From positions 39,804,001 through 39,868,000 of the forward strand of contig CM022665.1 of the NCBI GenBank assembly GCA_012295275.1: a stretch of DNA of 64,000 nucleotides. The letters are read 5' to 3'. Source of the stretch: Chrysomallon squamiferum (Eukaryota > Animalia > Mollusca). Positions 14,684 through 27,904 of this stretch are shown here, in pieces. Within the stretch, counting starts at the first letter, position 1. Each line of letters opens with the position of its first letter. The position numbers and the translations under genes are program-made. The notes under the pieces were generated by a model, which saw only the letters and a program-made list of their open reading frames with translations, had not been told where the DNA came from and did not search any database.

Positions 14684-15415
14684 AGGCAATGTATTTTATG
14701 TTGTTTTGAATATTAAAGAAATACTATTGTAAGCTAATACACATATTTTAACAATTATTTACTTTATTTTCTTTTTTTTTTTACAGGCGGCACAGGACCA
14801 AGTAGCAGGTATATTATTTATTACTAAAAACAAGAAAAACTATAAAAAAAAAAACAAGAAAAAAAAACAAAAAAACACCAGCACCCAACAGTAACTACAT
14901 TTCTTACAATAAGTAAAACATTATAAAATTTGATAACATGTAAGTTCCATTTGATTACATATTACTAAACCTTCATTCTTAAAACGATTTTTATTTTTCT
15001 CTCGCATGTAAATTTTATTCTAAATATTTAAAAATCTGATATTAGTCATAAATTTATATGCTTCAGTTGGAAATTATCTTTACATATTCAGCATCCTTGT
15101 ACAACCGGATGCCAGAAAGGAAAAAAAAAAAAAAAAAAAAATGTTATTTATAATTATTATAGATTAATATTGTATTAATTTATTTCTTCTGATTTTAGAG
15201 GCGTTTCGTCTCTTTGACAAAGATGGCAGCGGCATGTTATCAGTTCATGACGCAGCGACTTTGGTTCGCGCTCTAGGTTACATTGTAACAGAAACAGAAT
15301 TAAATTCAGCAATGAAAAGAGCAGGCGTCAGCAGTAAGTTGGTTCTTCGTCTGCTCTGCTGTTTGTCTGCCTGTCTCTCTCTCTCTCTATATCTCTTTAT
15401 AATCTACCTCTATCC

Positions 15416-15453
<38 letters not shown>

Positions 15454-16549
15454 TTTTTTCCCGTCTATTCGTGAATCTATCTACCTTCTCGTCTTATTTT
15501 CTTTTTTTTATCTCTTTCATTAATATTTCAGTCCGATATTTAGTTTACTGATGTTCACTTTCTATTACGTTTTGACTTAAGATACCACTTACAACTAGTT
15601 AATGAAAACTATTTTTAAATAATTAATATCAGGCAGGAATGGAGTGAACTTGTCAACTTTCAGAAAGATACTGGAGCCTCTGAATAACACTAGCTACACA
15701 TCCCAGCTGAGGGAGGCGTTCGCGACGATAGACAGAGAAGGCAGTGGCGTCGTACGCGTTGTTGAATTGCGTCATCTGTTGACGTCACTTGGTGATAAAT
15801 TGTCAGACGACGAATTCGATATTCTTCTCCAAGAGATGGATTTAGATAAAGCTGGGGAAATAAGATGTGAAGGTATTTTTAATTTAAAAAAAATATAAAT
15901 AAAATAAAAAATAAAAAAATAATGTTTTGTTTAATTGTTTTACCTGTTTGAAATGTGATTGATATCAGAACCTTTTCCCCGCCGTGCCATTATTGAGTTG
16001 TTTCTTATTTATAATAATGTCAGAAAGTGATAATTACCTGTATATTAATACGTTATAGCTGTAACAGTCTATTTTAATATATATGTACAAGAATCGATAT
16101 TACGAAGTTCGAATTTTTATATAAAATGAACAAATGTTTGAGCCCTTATCTTCAACAATTTCTTTTTTTTTTTTTTCTTTTTACTGCCTTTTGAATTAAT
16201 CTTGGCAATTTTTCAACTTTCTTTTTCTTTTTAAAATTTTATTGTTCTGTTTTATTGTGTGGATTTCTTTTTTTAAAATAATTATTTTTATATGAAGGCC
16301 TCGTTTTTTTTTTCACAGTATTAGTAATTAATTAATTAATTTCATTTTGCAGATTTTCATGAAATAAAATTACTTCCTTTATATTATTAGAAGATTTCTC
16401 ACTAGTATACAATAATTATATAATACACCTATTAATTTTGTGAAGTAAGAGAGACAACTCTTCACAATCGCCTGTAATGTTTATATTTATTAAAATTATA
16501 ATGTTATATTTTACTTTCAGATTTCATACACCTAATGACGTCAAGATAA
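13625..16549 (+). CDS. Divergent calmodulin-like / myosin-light-chain-like EF-hand protein, 142 aa
   Basis: Exons on +: 13625-13627 (ATG|gtatgt), 14787-14808, 15199-15333, 15633-15872, 16521-16549 (TAA); 429 nt, same intron phases as the two neighbours. Translation: [142 protein letters not shown]. Confidence 0.9.
14216..14291. repeat. (CT)n microsatellite, representative of many simple repeats in the window
   Basis: Pure (CT)n run. Similar (AG)/(CT) tracts near 2660, 5835, 8455, 14600, 19930, 21500 and 24370, plus (AAT)n, (CA)n, (TA)n, (ATCC)n and poly-A/T tracts throughout. Confidence 0.95.
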
Positions 16550-17055
16550 CATTCGTTTATGTGAAAAGAAAGAAAAAGTTAGCAACGGCAACAACAAAAG
16601 TCAACACCTGACTTACTTATATCTATCTTCATACGTTATCAGTGCTTATGCATAATTATTACATATCACAACAAATATGCAGATACAGTAATTAACTGTA
16701 ATTATCAAATTATTGCAATTATCAAATAATTTTAATTATTGTCACACAATATTCACATTCATACATACACACACTCACTCAAAATAATTTCAATTTATTT
16801 TTTTGTATTTCACTTAATTACAGCATGCTTACAAGGAAATTTGTTTTAATTTTCACTTTGTTGTAGTTTTATAAATGTTTGTAAGAATCATTTATATCTT
16901 TAGAGTTATAACTGTTATTGTGAATTCGTAGACAAAATTCTTTGAAGGTTTAATAAGTTTTAAGACCTTTTTTTGTGAACAGTTGTAAAACATCAGAGCT
17001 TCTAATCAGTTAATTTAATTTTCTATCTTGACAGTTTATTTGAAAATATTACCTA

Positions 17056-17114
<59 letters not shown>

Positions 17115-18871
17115 TACATATATACATACGTACAGACTAATATAGACAGATACAGACATATATACATACATACATAGAGATAGGTACATACATAATATTA
17201 CATACATACGTATATACAGACATAAGATATTTTTTGTTATATATAAATAAGCTTTCCTAGGACAGATATATTTTTATAGTTAAACAGAAATACTCTCGTT
17301 ATTAACGAATCGAGGCCCGGAAACACTTGAACGAATTAGTATCAAATTACCATACCAGCTTCAACTAGGTTCAGTCTTTTTCAGAAGTAATAAACCACAT
17401 TTCATCTTTAGTGCACTGAATTATACTTGAAAGGACATCCAAAATATGTTTTCCATCATCCCCCATTGAAATACGTGATTCTGACTACGTAATTTGTCAA
17501 AATTATCACATTTTATGTAATGATTGATTTCATTAATGTCACTTCGTCTGCGTTTTATGCATGACACATTATCACATTTGCTATTTATAGTGTCATTTCT
17601 AAAGAAATAAAATCATACTTATTGATGTGCTTTTTTGTGGTTGTAACTAAATAGCTAATGTCATAATGATTACGGTATGAAAAAGAAAAAGGAAAATCAA
17701 ACAGAAAAAAGGAGAAAAAAAACAACAAAAATTATAATAATTATTTAAAAATCCTCTATCTGGAAAAGATGAAGTAAAAACGGCATGTATTAAAGGAATT
17801 TACTCAGTGGATCTGCATAATTGTAGTGATCTTTATAGATTGTCTTATAATCGTTGAATAGCTAATACGAAAAGAGTACATTAAAAAGCACATTCTAATA
17901 TGTACGTGAATAAAATGATAGTCGACAGAATCGGGTCACAGTGTTCCTTCTGATAAACAACAATAACAAAAGACATGCAATCATTGTCAAGTTTTCTAAA
18001 CGTTTTTTTTCGGCCTGTATTATTAAGTCGTATAACTTATAATATCTACAATGTAACATGTAGAATTTCTTAAGCTCATAAATTATAAGAGTTTGAGAGA
18101 AAATCAGAGAATGAGAGAGAGAAAGTGAGAGAAAGAGAAAGAAAGAGACGAAGGAGGGGAAGAGAGAGAGAAAGAGAGAGGCAGGCAGACAGTCAGAGTG
18201 ACACAGAGACAGAACAGAAATATTAAGAACAATACAAGAAAATGACTAATACAATAAAAAATACTAACGGCAGAAAATATTCGTAGCACTCAAAACAGTA
18301 GAAAATAAATGTATCAAGATATTTATAAAGGAACACAGAAAATGAATGTTAATATTTTTCTCTGGACTTTTTTCACGTTATTTACTCTCACTCAAGTTTC
18401 TGAATTTGAACGTAAAGAACTGCTAATTGAAAAGTAATGGCTGGTTAATGACCGTCGATAACTCACGGAGTAGTTCCGTTCGATACCACGCGTACAAAAC
18501 CATTCACAAACCTCTCCACTAATATGCAATCGTGCCATCAGTTATCACTCTATTGATTTGCTACCAGTATCCTGGCAACGTCCACAGCGACGTTCTATAA
18601 TTCGATTCGCTTTTACCCGCTTTAATTTTTTTTTTTTTTCTTTATAAATTAGTTCTTGTTATTGATTGAGACGTTCTCCGCAGAAACATTAGTTTTCAAT
18701 TACATTATCTGCCAGTGAAATTGCACAACAAAGCACGCGCTGTCTACGTTACCCAATCAAACAACAGACTAATGCAAGGCAAGCCAAACGACATGGCATC
18801 GTGCTGTTTATGAAGATGGTCAGCATAATATATGATAAACAGATGAATATTGACTTTTACAAGAGAGGTTG

Positions 18872-18947
18872 TGACGTCAAAAAAGCGGCCATTATTCTTA
18901 GTAGATCTTTCGGACGGCTGGTTGTGTAGAAATTGTTCTGATAAAAG
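18872..18947 (+). promoter_or_regulatory. Putative 7B2 promoter CRE and non-coding first exon
   Basis: TGACGTCA at 18872-18879 in a locally CpG-rich stretch, followed by a donor AAG|GTAACA after 18947 that could join the acceptor TTTCAG at 20214, 18 nt before the 7B2 ATG. Confidence 0.5.
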
Positions 18948-19923
18948 GTAACATTTTTGAAATATGTTTTAGAATTATGTCAGCCGTTTTATTCTTTACT
19001 AAGATTATCTGAATGGACCGTCGTTTATGACATATGTGACTTGATTTCTACATTTTAAACTACTCCGTATGGCATAAAGACTAATGCTGTTTTGCTTCCA
19101 ATGGAGAAAGAAAAACAAAAAAAAAAAAATGTTTTCTTATGTTTGTTATTACATTTCATAATGTTATCTTTAATTGTCAAAATATTGTAAGAAAATTTTG
19201 TAAAATGTTGAATTTATGGGAACAGCTGTGTCATATATCTGGTAATTAATTTCAATTAAATATATTTTATAAATAAATGTTTATTTGTGCGTGTGAGTGT
19301 ACGTGCGCACATTAACCGTTCATAGTTTTTATTTTGTCGCGTTTTGTATAAATACGAGTTGATGCATATTTGACTCAAAAAAAAAAAAAAAAAAAAAAAA
19401 CCCAACACTTTATTTCAGAGATTTAAGGGATAGAATCATTAATAACTCTTATTGTAGTTGACGATAATATTTTTGCTACCATCAGACTTTTCTTAGAAAC
19501 GGATTCATGTTTTTCTTCCTTCACAAATAATTTTACAGTGGTCAGTTAAGAAAGTATAACATAAAAATAGGTTTTACTTTCCACTAAAAACTATTCCAAC
19601 AGATATTTTCCGTTTTCTGTACAAGACTCATCGATTTATGGGAGTGCCTTATTGGACCTTAATGATCAACTCTTACAATTAAAAACAAACAAAAATGGAC
19701 CATATGGACCGAATGATTAGCTTATCATAATTATGTCCGATAGTAATGTGGGTTTTCTTTTTAAAATTATTTTGAAGAAAAAATTACAGAAAATCAGTGA
19801 CTCTTTGATATTTTTAAAGATGGGTTTGCATTAAGATTTTAAAAACGAACAGTGCAATCAATTTCACGTCTTCAAAACGTATTTTCCGGTCAGAATCATT
19901 ACGGTAATGCAACTTCTACATCT

Positions 19924-20009
<86 letters not shown>

Positions 20010-20037
20010 TGAATGTCTTCATCCATTCATTTATGTG

Positions 20038-20069
<32 letters not shown>

Positions 20070-20158
20070 CATTTATTATTTATTTATTTTATTGTTGTTG
20101 TTCAAACAAGCCTAAACACTGAGTATAAATCTCTCCTTTCATATTCGCCTATTAATAC

Positions 20159-20189
<31 letters not shown>

Positions 20190-20232
20190 AAAATAACATT
20201 TTGATCTATTTCAGAAAAAAAGAAACAAAATT

Positions 20233-21492
20233 ATGCGTCTGCTGGTGTTTTTGTGCGCGACACTGTATGTGTCCGCCTCAGATCTTTCGTTCACACTGCC
20301 CGAATTGGCGCATTTATATCGGATGCAACGTCTTTCGGACAACTTCGGAGATTACTTCTCGGACGAACCCGAAAGCCAAACTATCGACGACGATTGGACA
20401 CCATCCTACGGAGATGCGTATTATTCCGGAACACATCTTCGGGATCAGGAACATCTAGAGCAGAGTTCTCTGTATGGATACCAATCAGTGTCAGGTAATT
20501 TAAATAATTAAATAATTCACTTCGCCGTCAGTTGATTAATTTTGTGTATGGTGTACATATCGGTATATAGACAACCTTCACAATGGAGAAGAAACAATCA
20601 GAAACCAGTGTTATGATGACCTGTATTGTTTATTTTATTTTATTTTATTCGATTATTATTCTTATTTTTAAGGTGGTAGTTGCAGTTTCATATGTTAGAA
20701 TGTATTAAAAAAAATAAAAAATAAAAAATAAAAAATACATTCTAGTTAAAAGGTTTTCTATATTTAACCTGGAATATGTCAAAGTATTTTTACAAATGCA
20801 TTACTATTACTATTACAACAGCATCGTCATCAACAAAAACTGTTACTACCACTACTACTACTAATAATAATAATAATAATGACAGTGACAGTAAAAACAA
20901 CAACAACAACAACAATAATAATAATTTAGAAATATTTTGAATAACTAGTACGAACAAAATATCAACACCTCCCCCCCAATAACAACACGAACCACCCCCA
21001 AAAATACCCACCAAAAAACCCACCAAAAACAAAACAACAACAACACAAATACGTGACATCATGTTTAAGATATGTAATATTCTTGTTAACTATTTTAGGT
21101 GGAACTGCAGAAGGAAAGCAAAACCAGAAACAAGTGAAGACTGATAAACCACTGCCAGCATACTGTAACCCTCCTAATCCTTGTCCAATTGGATATACAG
21201 GTATGTACTCACCTTTTATTATTAATTATTATTAATATTATTATTATTATTGTTATTATATAAAAGGTACAGCAAAACTTGATTAAGAGACACATAAGAT
21301 ACACTGCATATTTTTCAGAGCTGCAGTTTTATATTAATTGTTATTCAAAATAACATTTTTATCAATATATTTTCTCGAATTGATGTAACAGAGTTAACAG
21401 CCACGATTTCGAATCGGTGTGTATACGTACATACGTATGAATGGGTTTGATTCATAAGAGTATTCGTGAGCGAATGTGTGATGTGTGTGAAC

Positions 21493-21569
<77 letters not shown>

Positions 21570-22796
21570 GGGGGTGCAGAACAATGGAGGCCGTTTGATT
21601 GCTACTAAAATAGATCTTCTTGGTCTTTTGGGTGATCACATATCTCGAGAGAAAGAAATTTTAAAGTCTCTCTCTCTCTCTCTCTCTCTCCCCCCTATCC
21701 CCCCCTTGTTACACCTATTCTAATCTATAATTTATATATATATTTATATTTTAAGCCAAAGACAACTGTGTAGAGGGATTCGACAACACTGCAGAAAACA
21801 ACAAAGAGATGCTTTCCAAACAGGACTGCCCCTGTGACACGGAGCATATGTTCGTCTGCCCCGCCGGCGGGAAAACAGTGACGTCACAATCAAACGACGA
21901 CCAGGCTGCAATCAATAAAGTTATGAACCAACTAAGCAAGATGGGAGTCAATATGGTAGGCGAATGTCAGGTCAGAAGTAAAATTAATTACAGTTAGCCG
22001 TCTCGAGGATAAAAGACGCAAACGTCGAAGAAAATGACGAAAGCTGAATTGTAATTCCGGTCTTAATGATCTCATTATTTTGAAACGGAACGTGGTCATG
22101 TGCATGCATGATCAATTAAAAATAAATAAATGAATAAATAAAAATCCATAAATGAATAATAATAATAATAAAAAAAATAATAATTAAAAAAATTAATACA
22201 GTATAAAATACAGTAATACATATGAACAAAATCTACACTTAACGTTGACTTTCTCACAAACGATGCTAATAACTTTGATAAATAATTTTTTCCTTTTTTT
22301 AAAAAAAAATTATTATTATTGTTTTAATTTCCACTTTAAGCAGTTTAAGATCAGTACATTTTGCATGCAAATATATCATGTAAATTAAAAATAAACACGC
22401 ACTGTTCTTTCTAAGAATAGTAGATCATTTTAGAACATTAATATCCTATTATGATGTGGGTTTTTTTAATTTGTTTTTTTTTTAACTTGGTTTTTATTTT
22501 ATTTTTTTTATTTTTTTTTTTTGTTTCTTTATAAATTCGAAAACCCAACAAAAGAAACAAAGAAAAAAAATTAAAAAAAAAAAAAAAAAAAAAATTATAA
22601 GGTTTAAGATCAACGTCACATTTTTATGCTAATGAAGTTGTTATGTAAGCAGAGCACAGTCCACATTAAATGAAAGCTGACTTGTTATTTAGGTTCCAAA
22701 TAGCCCATTATAAAACTTACATAACTCTCTTGTTAACGTACACACGTAACAGATGAACAGGGATAGAGAACATTTTATATAGATGTTTTTGAACAC

Positions 22797-22851
<55 letters not shown>

Positions 22852-22974
22852 TATGACTTTTCATCTTCCACATTACAATATTCAAGACTTGAAATTCATT
22901 TACTAGATTTTGGAGGTGGCTTTGACTCTTTATAATTTTGACAACACAATAGTCAAAGTTTTAAAAGGAAAAAC

Positions 22975-23008
<34 letters not shown>

Positions 23009-23859
23009 TACAGACACACACACACACACACATATGAGTTAGCGTGAATGAAGTTAGAACAGCGTACATTTAATATCCAGAATTTTAAAATGTATTTTTG
23101 AAACGCATGAAACAGAACCTTGAAATCTGGTGACAGTACATTTTATTTGTTAACAAAATAAAATGTTGATGACATTATCCAGTTAATTTCCTTCATCTGA
23201 TTCTGAATTTATTTGATTAAACGACCATAATATTTAACAGTAATCTATCGACTGCACGGTATAATATTTGTGTTCGATCATATTACTGTGTTGCTTTTTC
23301 ACTCGTTTGAACCGGATTTCCAATATCGTCAGATGAATTATGATGACAGCTTGATTTAACTTGCATAGTTTAATATTTCCAGAGTTACTGATTCTCCATT
23401 AACAGTTTCTGATAGTTTCTTCTTTTTAAAGACCTTCATGCATTTTTCAAAAAAAAAATTCATTTAAAATTAATAAAGGATCTGTCTTTGCAACTGAAAA
23501 TGTAATGTGTGTATGTGTGTGTGTGTGTGTGTGTGTGTACGATAGTGTAAGTAGATACTTGCTTTTTTGAATGAATATGTGCCTGTATGTAGCCAATCGT
23601 TAATCGTGTAAATATAACGTCATAACCACTTGGCAACGGCGGTTTTTCTCTCCCTCGTTATCTCTGTAATCTTTAACCATTGTTGTTATAATTAGAATTG
23701 CAAAAAGTATGTTAACTGCATAATTAAAATAAAATATTTTATCATGCTCGTTATTATTTATTTATTTATTTTAGTTTGTATTCTTAATTTTAATTTATTC
23801 ATTTCTCAGCGAAGATGCTAATTTAACAATTTTATTTGTCTGGCTTTGAAATACTGTTT

Positions 23860-23899
<40 letters not shown>

Positions 23900-24363
23900 C
23901 TAACTATGGACCGAGACGTATTTCGCATGATATTTTTAAGTGTGTGTATATATATATATTTATATTTATAATTTATATTTTTCTGGTTACAGGACAGTTC
24001 CTATCTAGAAGGTGATGATCGATCACTGGTCGCCAAAAAATCGCCTGAACTAAGCACAAAGAAGCGAGGAAAACGCGTAAGTTTTAATTTTGTCCTCTGT
24101 GTGAAGAGTTCTTCGTCAATCTTTACTTTTATAGTTGAATAAAATATTTTGATATATTTAACAGATTATATTTTAGCATTTTGGTTCGGTGTATGCACCT
24201 TCATTTAATGGAGAAATGAAGAATGAATTTTTAGAAAATGTCGCTGATTTTTTTCTGAACTTTCAGAAATTTGGGAAATTTGTCAGTTTCTGAATGTTAT
24301 TTCATTCTGTTTAATTAATTAATTAATTATATATATATATTTGTCTTTGATTTTTTTCCTTTT

Positions 24364-24451
<88 letters not shown>

Positions 24452-24833
24452 CCGAACACGTTCGTCTATCTTCCCATATTTACAGATTACAAAATAAATG
24501 TTCTATCCATCCATCCATCCATCTATCCATCCATCCATCCATCCATCCATCCATCCATCCATCCATCTCTCTATCTTTATATTATGTAGGTTTTCTTTTT
24601 CTTCTTCAGATTACAAAATAATAGTTCCATCCATCTCTGTGTCTGTCCATCTTTATATTATGCTATTTTTTTTTTCTTCTATTTTTCTGTTTAAATATAA
24701 TTTTCAGTCTCTTCAAGAAGACATCAGTCTGCAGAACCCTCTACTGAAAGGAGCGCACATGACGGTGGCGAAAAAGGCACCAGGCGTGTTTCAAGACTAC
24801 CGTTCAAACCGAAAACCATACAAACCTCTGTGA
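20233..24833 (+). CDS. SCG5: Neuroendocrine protein 7B2 (secretogranin V; prohormone convertase 2 chaperone/inhibitor), ~257 aa
   Basis: Exons 20233-20494, 21099-21200, 21756-21955, 23993-24076, 24708-24833, GT-AG and in frame. Signal peptide [36 protein letters not shown], the hallmark [23 protein letters not shown], polybasic KKRGKR and two VAKK motifs. Confidence 0.95.
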
Positions 24834-24913
24834 GGTGATTAAAAACTGAAAACCTTTGTTAAACATTGTTATAAGTACATTGTGACAACCGATCTGTTAT
24901 AATAATAATAATA

Positions 24914-24967
<54 letters not shown>

Positions 24968-25081
24968 TAATAATAATAATAAAATATTAATAGTGAAGTA
25001 ATTCGCCGCATTTGAAAAAATAAAAATAAAAATAAAAAAAATAAAAAATGAGAGTCAGTTTTGATATACATATCATAACAA

Positions 25082-25124
<43 letters not shown>

Positions 25125-26739
25125 TACAGACGAAAACCATTTACTGTCTTGAAAGCAAGATTTAAAACGTAAATAATTTATCCTATCTTTAATGATATTG
25201 TCGAAATAAGATTGCTAAACTTTCTGCACGTTTCCAAAATAAACATAAAAAAAAAAAAAAAAAAGAATTAAAAAAACTTGTCTGCCATGCAGATAACCGT
25301 TACAATACTTGGACATTTTTAACCAATACCTGTTCCAAATATGTTATCTAAACTTAACATAAAGTCATCATAATTAATTTTAATATACGTGTATATATTT
25401 TAGTTATTTATTTATTTATTTAACTTTTGAAATTTTTTTTGGAGGGGGCACATTGTTGATTATTTTACTGCGCTGTTGACAATCCCCTTCTTTAATAATT
25501 TAAAACAGGCTAATTAAAATGGCTTTTGGATATTAATTTTAAAGAAGTCATTAAATTTATTAATTTTAATTTTTATTTTTTTCTAACGCACTTGCGAATA
25601 TTGAAACAAAATAGTGTCTTGTTTCTCTTTCTTTTCTTTTCTTCTGAATAATATATTTCACATGTAGATTCAGTTTCAATTTTTCTGGCAGATTTCTATC
25701 ACATATTAAATAAAATCATTATTAAGAGTTATACGTTTATCTTTCAGTAAGATAATATAATTTCAGCCAAGGAAAATTAAACGCGATAACAATTTATAGG
25801 TCTTCATTCTCTGTATATATCTATATATTCTGTGTCTGTTGTTTAACATAATATTGTTCGACTAACTACAGTCGAACTTTACGAGGGTCGAGACAAAACA
25901 CACCGCGTCATATTAAGATTCCACACCCTATTTCCCAATCCACCTCAATATACAATTCTAGTTATATATTAGAATCATGGTATAACTACAATAGTATTAA
26001 TACACTTGTACTGAAAACTATGTGATAGTTATATATTTTGAAAAATAAAAACACGTGTGTTATTTAAAAAAAAAATATTTTCTTTTCAATTATTAGATAT
26101 AGGCAGTCTGAGCAATATCAAACCTCTCCCTTGTCTGGTCTTGTTCTTGTTCTTGTTAGTTGTTGTTGCTATAGCTACGACGGCAATTATCGATCGTTTG
26201 CTATATCATGCTTCATTTGAACCATTGACACAAATTTAGCAGAATGTAAAATACGCTAGAACTTAAGTTTAAAAAACAAATATCCTTATTTCTGCAAAAA
26301 CATCCGAGCTGTATCATACGTTAATTAGTAACATTAATCAAGTTTATATAAAATTTAATTTTGCAAAAAACGATTGATAACAAATTTTTATTTCCAGAGT
26401 TATTCGGAATAAAATTGCTAAGATACTTTAAAGAAGAATAATTTAGAAAGACTAACAGCTCTGACAACGTTTTCAATAATGTTTTTTTTTTAAATACAAA
26501 AATTTACGTCATCATACACAAAGAAAAAAACAAAACAAAACAAAAAACATATATATATAAAATCCTATTCTTTGAATACACTTTGTAACATCAGTTTTAT
26601 TGATGACAATAATTATTATCTCGTTTGTTAAACATTTCCCTTTTGGTCACAATTTACAAATACTTCTAATTGTATACATATTTTAAATTTCCAATTAAAA
26701 ATAATTTGGGAAGTGACCGTTTTCTTTAAAAGCTGCACC

Positions 26740-26783
<44 letters not shown>

Positions 26784-27904
26784 TGGTGCGTTCCAGACAT
26801 GGGGTTTAAGACAGACGGCACATCATTGGCAGACGCGAACTGTGAAATGTACAATTCTTAGTGTAATTTGGACTGGTATCGAGAAAACACACCATTTACG
26901 TTAAAAGAAATGGGCTGTAACATATTTATAACAAATGAATAATCATTATAATATTAATGTTAATGCATGTCTTTCCTGGAAAATATTCTATTTTTGTTAG
27001 CTAAATAAATCCGTCTTTTCAAAATGTCATTACCCTCTATATTTCTTTTTCTGTGTTGAAATTGTGTGGTTTATTGTAATTTGTCATTTAGAATTCTGCA
27101 TAAATGCAGTTTCTAAACAATGGAATGAGTTTATTCTAGTCACCTAACCCCAACGACGTTTTTAATTTTCTCTCATATTTGTTGTGATTGTGTTGAATCC
27201 TTTTAACTGTGGCAATGCAGTACCCGATATTGTACCATATCCAAATCTATCATGACGATCTCACCCTGTAACATAAAAGTGATGTTGTTGCTTGTTGTTA
27301 TTATTCAATAAATTGTGGGAAAATGTACGTTTTCGTTTTCTTTTACATACAGCATTAAGATCGAGTGGACAATAATTATGTTAAAAAAAAAGTATTAACG
27401 ATTTATACGTCACAAATATACTCATTTACTTAATTTTATTTAAAAATTTGTTTATTTTTCTTATTTTCTTCTATATCAATAATGACACTTAATTCCATGT
27501 TAAAAAAATAAAAAAATAAAAACAAACGCACCAAAACTAAATACAATTCAAAAATTTAAAACAACAATAATAATGCATTTCGTAAACGTATCATTTTTAT
27601 TTTATTTAATTAGTTATTTACATCGATTCAATGATAAAGTAATTACTGATGGGGAAATACAATATATTTAAATGTAATATAATTATTGAATAAACGCTAA
27701 AGTAAATGTACAACGAGATTGAATAAAATCAAGTTAATATATTATCTTACTATAGATTAACATTTAACTACACTTCAGCATTAAGGAAAAACTTAAATAA
27801 TAACAATTATTTAAAGAAAGCAGATGTAGATGCACAATGTGATTGAGTAAAATCAAGTCAATATCATATATCATCTTAATACAGATTAACTTTTAACAAC
27901 AATT

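Noticed and set aside
25867-25895. TA-CAGTCGAAC possible Tc1/mariner end
   Set aside because: Only ~12 nt of resemblance and no partner TIR.
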